Positions 47,275 to 54,658 of a stretch of DNA of 64,000 nucleotides are shown here, in pieces. Positions within the stretch are counted from its first letter, which is position 1. Every line of letters starts with the position of its first letter. The notes under the pieces were generated by a model. That model made no database searches. It saw only the letters and a program-made list of their open reading frames with translations, and had not been told where the DNA came from. The position numbers and the translations under genes were made by a program. Origin of the DNA: an uncultured Bacteroidales bacterium (GTDB lineage Bacteria > Bacteroidota > Bacteroidia > Bacteroidales > WCHB1-69); NCBI GenBank assembly GCA_900317715.1, contig ONHS01000002.1, forward strand, positions 20,183-84,182, in the 5' to 3' direction.

Positions 47275-47427
47275 ATGAAAACCGAAGTACAACCCCAGGA
47301 AACCCCGCGAGCATTCGCCTTCGAGATGTGGATGACCGCACCGATGGTGACGTCGGTGAAGACGATGGACTGCGGGAATGCGGCGAGTTTTTTCGAGGCA
47401 TTGCAGAAAACCATCGAAACACTGTGA
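47275..47427 (+). pseudogene. Internally deleted remnant of a CAT-like gene (paralogue of 37738-38355)
   Basis: 50-codon ORF: MKTEVQPQETPRAFAFEMWMTAPMVTSVKTM|DCGNAASFFEALQKTIETL. This is the first ~31 and last ~19 residues of the 205-aa paralogue joined in frame. Confidence 0.75.
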
Positions 47428-47708
47428 TGAAAGCTTCTTCCTGTTGGTATCTTGCCAATTTCCGGATTAAAACTGCCCTGTTCAAGAAAAAAGACCCTAT
47501 TATCGGTATAATCGACAAGATGTGGGGAATTATGCGGAACGAGGCATTTCCGAAGTATATAAAGATGTAGATTATGCTGTATTTAATTACTATTCAGCAT
47601 ATTACATAAAATTGTGTTTTTAACAAGAAAGTCGCTCATAAAAATGTGTTATGTTTTAAGATAGTCACTCATTTTTTTGTACTTTTGCAGCTGGATAAAA
47701 TCATCAGT

Positions 47709-49004
47709 ATGTATAGAAATGTTATAAATGAGCTGATCAATTGGAAAATGTCACCATATAGGAAGCCCTTGCTTCTGTTGGGTGCACGACAGGTAGGCAA
47801 AACGTATATATTAAAGTACTTTGGCCAATCTTTCTATAAAAATGTAGCATATATCAACTGCGACCACAACGAACGTGTAAAGGATTTGTTCACAGAGGAT
47901 TATGATATAGATCGAATTTTGCTCAGTATCAGCGCAATTACGGGAGAGACCATTATACCTGGAGAAACATTGATAATCCTCGATGAAGTGCAGGAACTGC
48001 GGCGAGGTCTCTCTTCTCTCAAGTATTTCTGCGAAAATGCACCAGAACAGCACGTATGCGTTGCAGGTTCTTTGTTAGGGGTCACGATGCGACACGGGGA
48101 GTCATTTCCCGTCGGCAAAGTGAACATCATTAAAATGTATCCGATGACTTTTGATGAGTTTTTGAGAGCCAAAGGAAAAGATCTTTTAGCTGATCTTTTG
48201 CAAAAAAGGGATTGGGACACTCTCCGAGGAACTCATACTGTATTGATTCAACTTTTGCGCGAATATTATTTTGTTGGGGGAATGCCTGGTGTGGTTTCCC
48301 TTTTCAGAGAAACAAACGATGCCAATATCGTTAGAAAGGCACAGGACGAAATACTATCCGCATACGCCAACGATATGGCAAAACACACCACTCCCACTGA
48401 AATAAAGAGGATTTCGCAGGTTTGGCGATCCATGCCATCACAACTTTCCAAGGAAAACAAAAAATTCATCTATGGTGTTGTGCGTGAAGGAGGGCGCGCC
48501 AAGGATTTCGAGCTTGCCATACAATGGCTTGTTGATGCTGGGCTAGTTCTCCGTGTACCGCGTGTGTCCACCCCTGCGATGCCCTTGAACCTGTACGAGG
48601 ATATTTCCACATTCAAATTATACCTTTTGGATGTTGGACTGTTAGGCGCCTTGGCCGGCACTCCTGCCGAACTGCTTCTGATGCCCAACAATATGGGGGA
48701 AGGGAAAGGTATGTTTACGGAGAACTATGTATGTACTCAATTAGTGGCGGGAACAGGAAGGTTGCCTTTCTACTACAGTCGCGAAAATAGTCGTCTCGAG
48801 ATTGATTTCGTTGTTCAATACGGCACGCAGATTGTGCCTGTTGAAGTGAAGGCTGAGGAAAATCTTCAGTCGAAATCCTTGAAGACCATTTTGCAAAAAC
48901 ATAAAGATTTAACAGCCGTCCGTTTTTCGATGAGTCCTTACCGTGAACAGGAAAGGATGACCAACATGCCGCTATATGGTGCAAGCGTCTGCTTCACCGA
49001 TTGA
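47709..49004 (+). CDS. AAA-family ATPase with a DUF4143-type C-terminus
   Basis: Start at MYRNVINEL. Walker A LLGARQVGKT, Walker B LIILDEVQ, C-terminal ..EIDFVV..VPVEVKA (restriction-endonuclease-like). Confidence 0.75.
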   Translation: MYRNVINELINWKMSPYRKPLLLLGARQVGKTYILKYFGQSFYKNVAYINCDHNERVKDLFTEDYDIDRILLSISAITGETIIPGETLIILDEVQELRRGLSSLKYFCENAPEQHVCVAGSLLGVTMRHGESFPVGKVNIIKMYPMTFDEFLRAKGKDLLADLLQKRDWDTLRGTHTVLIQLLREYYFVGGMPGVVSLFRETNDANIVRKAQDEILSAYANDMAKHTTPTEIKRISQVWRSMPSQLSKENKKFIYGVVREGGRAKDFELAIQWLVDAGLVLRVPRVSTPAMPLNLYEDISTFKLYLLDVGLLGALAGTPAELLLMPNNMGEGKGMFTENYVCTQLVAGTGRLPFYYSRENSRLEIDFVVQYGTQIVPVEVKAEENLQSKSLKTILQKHKDLTAVRFSMSPYREQERMTNMPLYGASVCFTD

Positions 49005-49031
49005 ACCACAACTTTATGATTATCAAACACT

Positions 49032-49490
49032 ATGACACCGCTAAAACAATACCGTTTCGGCTTCGACCCGTGGGGCTTGCTCCTCTTCCTGCTGGTAATG
49101 CTCCCCAACTTCATCTGGTTCGCCGTTCCCGCACCGAACGACATCCTGCGCACGGATTCGGTCACGCCGGTGGTGGACGCCATCGGCTCCGTGTTCCAAG
49201 TGCTGACCGTCGCGTGCCTCTGCTTCGTTATCCATAAAGACAGAAGCAAACTTCGTTTCTCGTCCCTAATCATTGCCACAATTGTTTGCGTCGCAATATA
49301 TTACATTGGCTGGGCGCTCTATTACACAGCCAATGTGAACCCCATCGTCATCCTTCTGCTGACTGTCCCGCCCTGCTTGGCGTTCATCCTCTTTGCCGCC
49401 GACCGGAAGAACCTTCCGGCAATCCTCTTCGCCACAGCATTTGCCGTATGCCATCTGGTGTTTGCGGTCGCGAATTTTATAGTCAAATGA
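49032..49490 (+). CDS. Hypothetical 4-TM membrane protein
   Basis: 152 aa. Translationally coupled (ATGA) to the next gene. Intact paralogue of the fragment at 36056. Confidence 0.55.
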   Translation: MTPLKQYRFGFDPWGLLLFLLVMLPNFIWFAVPAPNDILRTDSVTPVVDAIGSVFQVLTVACLCFVIHKDRSKLRFSSLIIATIVCVAIYYIGWALYYTANVNPIVILLLTVPPCLAFILFAADRKNLPAILFATAFAVCHLVFAVANFIVK

Positions 49491-49984
49491 AACATCTCCC
49501 AAATCTCATAACAGCTCTCCGGTTATTGGGCGCTCTCGGTCTCCTCTTCTTCGATGTGGGAAGTGTCGCCTTTTGGGTAATATATCTCGCCTGCGGATTG
49601 AGCGATATGGTAGATGGTTTCTTGGCAAGGAAGCTCCACTGCGAAAGCAAAACTGGGGCACTGTTGGACAGTCTGGCGGATTTAGCGTTTGTGGTCAGCA
49701 GCTGCATAAAGCTGATCCCTGTCTTGGCACTTCCCCATTGGCTTTGGCTCTGGGGCGCGGCAATCGTCGTCATCAAAGTCATCAACCAGATTTCCGCCAT
49801 AGTGATGTACAAGAAATGTCGTTTTCCGCACACCATCGCCAACAAAGCGGCCGGTCTTCTGCTTTTCGTCGGAGTTCCATTGACCGTGTTTCTGGAATCT
49901 GTCGTGCCAATGGTCATCATAGCCGTTGTCGCGACCTTTGCCGCCGTTCAGGAGGGTCATTTCATAAGAACAAGGGCGGTTTGA
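49487..49984 (+). CDS. CDP-alcohol phosphatidyltransferase-family protein
   Basis: Start at MKHLPNLITALR. Motif GLSDMVDGFLARK....G..LDSLAD. Confidence 0.8.
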   Translation: MKHLPNLITALRLLGALGLLFFDVGSVAFWVIYLACGLSDMVDGFLARKLHCESKTGALLDSLADLAFVVSSCIKLIPVLALPHWLWLWGAAIVVIKVINQISAIVMYKKCRFPHTIANKAAGLLLFVGVPLTVFLESVVPMVIIAVVATFAAVQEGHFIRTRAV

Positions 49985-50000
49985 TTTCGTGATTTATTTG

Positions 50001-50008
50001 TATTTTTG
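50001..50008 (+). promoter_or_regulatory. -7 promoter box within a 25-nt element shared with the WYL gene promoter
   Basis: TTTCGTGATTTATTTGTATTTTTGC (49985-50009). Confidence 0.5.
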
Positions 50009-50054
50009 CAGTTGAAAAAAATACGTTTCATACCGGCAGAATAACAAGATAAAC

Positions 50055-51635
50055 ATGCTCAAATATAAAGTATTCATAAGCAGTGTACAATCGGAGTTTT
50101 CACAAGAACGACAGCTTGTTTTTGACTTCATCCGTAATGACGAGTTGATGGGGCAATACTTTGAGCCGTTCATTTTTGAGCAGATTGCCGCACAAGATGC
50201 GAATCCTCGCCAATTATATTTGGATGAGGCTTCTTCGAGCCAGGTTTATCTCCTGTTGGTGGGAAAGAGGTATGGCAATGTTTTGCCAGACGGCATTTCT
50301 CCAACCGAGAAAGAATATCAAGCAGCAGGAGAGGGCAATGCTTGGAGAGTCGCATTCATCAGCGATTTGGACGGACAGCAACGTGAAGATGCGGAAGAAC
50401 GTTTCTTCCGAAAAGTTCAGAACGAGCTTTCATACCGTGTCTTTTCTAATCCTTCTGTCCTGGTGTCGCTGGTCAAACAATCGCTGTATGCGTATCTTAA
50501 ACACAAAGGCGTTATACAAACATTAAGTTTCGACGAACAGACCCGCGATGATGCCTCTATGGCCGATATTGATGCAACGAAAATCAAAGAATTCTTGCAT
50601 CAGGCCCGTCAAAAACGAGGGTTCCCATTGGCCGAAGACTCCGACCCAATCACGGTGCTCCAGCATCTGAGATTGTTGCGGCAGGACAAGCCCAGCAATG
50701 GAGCGTTACTAATGTTCGCCAACGACCCGCAATACTTTTTCCCCTCTGCGGTGGTCAAATGTGCGTGGTTTCTCGGCACAGAGACGGTAAAACCTATCGA
50801 AGATTATAAAACCTTCGAGGGCGGAGTGGCAGATCAAATCAGCCAAGCCACCAGTTGGGTGATGTCGAAACTGTCGGTGCGTTTTGGCCAGCGAAACGTG
50901 GAGGTGCAAAACGAGGTTGAATTTGAGATACCGCGATCCGTCATCTTCGAGACCATTGTGAATGCCGTGGCCCATCGCGACTACAACAGCACGGGGAGTG
51001 TACAGGTTTCCGTATTCCGAAATCGTATTGTGGTACGCAATCCGGGGACGTTGCCTGTAGAACTCACCAAGGCCGACTTGATGAAAGAACATGGCTCTTA
51101 TCCGCATAACCCGTACTTGGCGGAAGTCTTGTACCAGATGGGCTATATCGAGAAATACGGCACAGGCATCACAGAAAATATCCGCAGGATGCAAGAGGCT
51201 CGTCTCCTTGCTCCGGAGATAGACTTGAGCGCCGAGTTCATTACTACGATCTGGCGTGATAATGATGCAACTAATATTGGAACTAACCTTGGAACTAATA
51301 TTGGAACTAATAATGCAACTAATGATGCAACTAATGGTGCAACTAATGATGCAACTTCTAAAGATTATTTAGCTGTCAATAAGCGTATTATAGATAGAAA
51401 AGTGAAAAAGAAAGTAAGAAAAAGAATGACAGAGCAACAATTACAGGAATGCATCGTTGAGGCTTGTTATGTGGAACATTCTATTGAGGAGCTTGCTAAA
51501 CTGTTGGGAAAGTCAGAGTCACACATACGAAACCGATTCATCACCAATATGGTTGCAGACGGAATTCTTTTGCGAACCAAACCAGAACACTCTTCAGGTC
51601 AGACATACATGACAAATCCAAAACTTGACAAATAG
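50055..51635 (+). CDS. DUF4062 N-terminal domain fused to a HATPase_c_4-type ('RecG-like' putative DNA-binding) module and a C-terminal winged helix
   Basis: KVFISSVQSEFSQERQ...VYLLLVGKRYG (DUF4062-like). IVNAVAHRDYNSTGSVQVSVF.NRIVVRNPG..., HNPYLAEVLYQMGYIEKYGTGI. Low-complexity NIGTNLGTNIGTNNATNDATNGATNDAT. Confidence 0.65.
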   Translation: MLKYKVFISSVQSEFSQERQLVFDFIRNDELMGQYFEPFIFEQIAAQDANPRQLYLDEASSSQVYLLLVGKRYGNVLPDGISPTEKEYQAAGEGNAWRVAFISDLDGQQREDAEERFFRKVQNELSYRVFSNPSVLVSLVKQSLYAYLKHKGVIQTLSFDEQTRDDASMADIDATKIKEFLHQARQKRGFPLAEDSDPITVLQHLRLLRQDKPSNGALLMFANDPQYFFPSAVVKCAWFLGTETVKPIEDYKTFEGGVADQISQATSWVMSKLSVRFGQRNVEVQNEVEFEIPRSVIFETIVNAVAHRDYNSTGSVQVSVFRNRIVVRNPGTLPVELTKADLMKEHGSYPHNPYLAEVLYQMGYIEKYGTGITENIRRMQEARLLAPEIDLSAEFITTIWRDNDATNIGTNLGTNIGTNNATNDATNGATNDATSKDYLAVNKRIIDRKVKKKVRKRMTEQQLQECIVEACYVEHSIEELAKLLGKSESHIRNRFITNMVADGILLRTKPEHSSGQTYMTNPKLDK

Positions 51636-51680
51636 GATTGAAATGTTGTCGGCGCGAAAATAGGTTTCGTGATTTATTCG

Positions 51681-51688
51681 TATTTTTG
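51681..51688 (+). promoter_or_regulatory. -7 promoter box of the WYL gene within the shared 25-nt element
   Basis: TTTCGTGATTTATTCGTATTTTTGC (51665-51689), 24/25 identical to 49985-50009. Confidence 0.5.
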
Positions 51689-51709
51689 CCGCCGAAAAAT
51701 CGAAACAAT

Positions 51710-52792
51710 ATGCCCGCAAACAAAAACGCTGTCACGCGCTACTACATTCTCGACAAGTTGTTGGCGAACCGTTACCACAACTACTCGACCGAGGATTTGT
51801 GCCGTCTGGTCAACGAGGAGTTGGAAGAATTGAAGCCAGAAAAGAAAGAGAGTTGGCAAGTGAGCCGTCGTACCATTGAACTTGACCTTCATTATTTGGA
51901 ACACGAAAGCCCTTTTGTCGCTGATATAGAGCATTATCAGATTGATGATGTAAGTCCACGAACTCTCAAGACGATCAAGAAAAGTTGCCATCGTTATGCG
52001 GATCCATCGTTCTCCATCTTCACGCAGAAGCTTACGGATGACGAGAAACATCTGCTTGGCGAAGCTTTCACCCTCCTTGGACAATTTGATGGTCTGCCGA
52101 ATCTTGAGGGTTTGGAAAGGCTCAGGGAGAGTCTCAAAGTGAAGACTGACCGCCAGATTGTGTCGTTCACCAAGAATCCTTTGGAAGGAAAGAGTCTGTT
52201 GGGGGAATTGTTCACTGCCATCACGCAGAAGCAGGTGGTGGAGTTGCATTTCCACAAGTTCGACACGCCTGAAACAGACCGTTCGGCGGTGGTTTTCCCC
52301 TATTTGCTCAAGGAGTATAACCGTCGTTGGTATCTCATCGCTGCTGCCGAAGACACGGGCAAAATACTCAGCTTCGCCCTCGACCGTCTGGACAAGTTCG
52401 TCCCGTTGCCCGCACGTCATTATAAGGAATACGATGGAGACCTCAACGAATGTTTCGAGGACATCATCGGGGTGACGCTCATCGAAGGCAATCCATTGCA
52501 GACCATCCTCTTCTGGGTCAGCGACTATTCCAAAGATTATGTCGCCACAAAACCCTTGCACGAGTCCCAGCGGCATCATAAAGGAAAGCAGGAAAAGGAA
52601 TTGCGCCAACAATACCCGAATCTTGACGGGGGCGCGTTCTTCTCCATCGACTGCATCGAGAACTACGAGCTGATCAGGGAACTGACTTCTTTCGGCAAAG
52701 AGTTGTTGGTTCTTGCTCCGGAGAAAATGCAAGAAGTAATTATCACTAAAATAACAGATATGCTTAACAAATACCAGATGCTAAGCAAATAA
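51710..52792 (+). CDS. WYL-domain transcriptional regulator (HTH-WYL-WCX architecture)
   Basis: Start at MPANKNAVTRYYILDKLL (HTH). VVFPYLLKEYNRRWYLIAAAEDTGKILSFALDRL (WYL core). C-terminal ELLVLAPEKMQE. Confidence 0.85.
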   Translation: MPANKNAVTRYYILDKLLANRYHNYSTEDLCRLVNEELEELKPEKKESWQVSRRTIELDLHYLEHESPFVADIEHYQIDDVSPRTLKTIKKSCHRYADPSFSIFTQKLTDDEKHLLGEAFTLLGQFDGLPNLEGLERLRESLKVKTDRQIVSFTKNPLEGKSLLGELFTAITQKQVVELHFHKFDTPETDRSAVVFPYLLKEYNRRWYLIAAAEDTGKILSFALDRLDKFVPLPARHYKEYDGDLNECFEDIIGVTLIEGNPLQTILFWVSDYSKDYVATKPLHESQRHHKGKQEKELRQQYPNLDGGAFFSIDCIENYELIRELTSFGKELLVLAPEKMQEVIITKITDMLNKYQMLSK

Positions 52793-52827
52793 ATTTTTCT
52801 GCCTCGCTTTACATCTAAATTTTTTCA

Positions 52828-52835
52828 TATCTTTG
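52828..52835 (+). promoter_or_regulatory. -7 promoter box TATCTTTG at the head of the AT-rich operon
   Basis: 36 nt after the WYL stop and 42 nt before ATG 52877. Confidence 0.45.
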
Positions 52836-52876
52836 CATCGTTGACGATAAATATATTTAATAAAACTTATGGTAAA

Positions 52877-53071
52877 ATGAAACCTCTTGAAGCTATGATT
52901 CCATATTGTGGAAATTGTTCGCGTAAAATAAAGAAAGAAGGACTGTCTAAAGATGAGTATTATTGTGATGTTTTCATTGATACTCCGATGAAAGGAATTG
53001 TTACCTCAGATACAGATGGGACTTGTTGTGTAGAATTGGGAGTTTATAAACCAATTCAACAAAATAATTGA
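52877..53071 (+). CDS. Small Cys-rich protein (64 aa), possible zinc ribbon
   Basis: MKPLEAMIPYCGNCSRK...YYCDVF...GTCCVE. First ORF after the operon promoter. The track's TTG start at 52841 is unlikely. Confidence 0.4.
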   Translation: MKPLEAMIPYCGNCSRKIKKEGLSKDEYYCDVFIDTPMKGIVTSDTDGTCCVELGVYKPIQQNN

Positions 53072-53126
53072 ATAAACTTGGAAATATTGAATGAATTAAA
53101 AACTTACTTATAAATGATAATGGATT

Positions 53127-54602
53127 ATGGAAGAAAAATTTGGCTTATTAAAATTGGGCAGTGTAATAAATTTGAAAACTAATGGAAAAGGACAAAATTG
53201 CATATCAAGATTATCCCTTTTACTTGGTCGCAGAATAACATTAAAAGAAATAAATGAATTCATCGAATCGGACAGGTTTTCTCTTGAGTACATTGACAAA
53301 GATGGAAATGAAACAAAGAAAGATTCTTGCACGGGATTTCGATTCAAGTTACCATGGCAAGATGTTAGAGGGAATGACGTTTATGGTCATTTCAAAAAAA
53401 ATGGCTCCATTTTTATGGGTGTGATTTGGAGCGGAAAAAGTGGAAAAAGAAATGTAAACCTTAGAAAGCATGGACACGTTGATCAAACCAGTTGGGATAA
53501 ACTAAAAAAACTATGTGGCAATGAAATAAGTGAGAGTAGTATTGGAGATTATATTACCTCAGATATTGAATATTACAATGGCGCAGGTTACACTAAATTT
53601 CCTGATGGTACAGTGGTAACTTCGGAAACTGGAAAATTCGTTAAGTTTAATACTAGTCTTAATGTCGGAGGGGAAGTGCTGGTTGGCTGGTTTACAAAAG
53701 TTCGAGGACGTTTTGAGGGAATAAGTTGGGGAACGGAAGCGGATTTTAAATCGGCTCAAGAGTTAAGAGAACAGTTCTTTGTGGGGCGTATGGTTTTTGA
53801 TTCTATAGAGAAATGCAACATCTTTTTGGAAGAGCTTAAGGGAAAAATCATTCCTGAGCCATGGGAGTACAAACGTAAGAAAGACGATACTTTTAAAAAC
53901 CCAATATTGAAATCCTATCTACAGTTTGAATTGGATAGACTTTTCTATGAACAGGATGTGTTAAACTATCCCGATAGGATAATAACCAACGAAAGCAATA
54001 GTAAAGTATGGTTTAACACAAATCTTATTAACATATATGGAAAAGAATTGTTTCTTGTTGGCACTCTTTTAGAAATATCTAACAAGATATATATAGGCGA
54101 TCTTGAAATATCACCATCCACAATGAAAATGAGGCAGCTGGGGTTTAAATCATCAAAAAAGCCTTTGCCACCTGTGTTTTTTAAGGATATAAATGAGATT
54201 TTTTTCCATTGGGACTGGGAGATAGATCTAGATATGATAAAATCCGAACACATTATAGGAGAGCGTAAGGAGAGATTTCCGGGAAAATACCATAAGATGA
54301 CAACAGATTCTTTAGGTCGCATACTTGATTCTGCAATAGAATTAGCAAGAAGTATAGCACAACGAAACTATAAGTTTATCGTACCAATGTACTATCCTAC
54401 TGCAAATAGGATTCAATTGTTAATGCCGATATATTTAGAAACTTCTTATTTCGGTAAACCGGATTTTGCGTTAGTATTAACTCCTCATGCAAATGAAAAG
54501 TTGTATACTCCCGAAACAATACTAGGATTAGATGAAGTTTATCAGGATGCGCGGTTAATAGCAAAGCCTGAAGAATCTTGGCTTAACCCTGAGATGTTAT
54601 AA
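53127..54602 (+). CDS. Hypothetical 491-aa protein: two beta-rich N-terminal modules plus a C-terminal region that I tentatively liken to DUF3825
   Basis: Internal duplication: FRFKLPWQDVRGNDVYGHFKKNGSIFMGVIWSG vs VKFNTSLNVGGEVLVGWFTKVRGRFEGISWGT. C-terminal half: PWEY..NPILKSYLQFELDRLFYEQ...WFNTNLINIYGKELF...YQDARLIAKPEESWL. Confidence 0.6.
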   Translation: MEEKFGLLKLGSVINLKTNGKGQNCISRLSLLLGRRITLKEINEFIESDRFSLEYIDKDGNETKKDSCTGFRFKLPWQDVRGNDVYGHFKKNGSIFMGVIWSGKSGKRNVNLRKHGHVDQTSWDKLKKLCGNEISESSIGDYITSDIEYYNGAGYTKFPDGTVVTSETGKFVKFNTSLNVGGEVLVGWFTKVRGRFEGISWGTEADFKSAQELREQFFVGRMVFDSIEKCNIFLEELKGKIIPEPWEYKRKKDDTFKNPILKSYLQFELDRLFYEQDVLNYPDRIITNESNSKVWFNTNLINIYGKELFLVGTLLEISNKIYIGDLEISPSTMKMRQLGFKSSKKPLPPVFFKDINEIFFHWDWEIDLDMIKSEHIIGERKERFPGKYHKMTTDSLGRILDSAIELARSIAQRNYKFIVPMYYPTANRIQLLMPIYLETSYFGKPDFALVLTPHANEKLYTPETILGLDEVYQDARLIAKPEESWLNPEML

Positions 54603-54658
54603 TATAACAATTGTCAACTAAATAAATGTACAAATAGAAAACAACAAAATTATTATGT

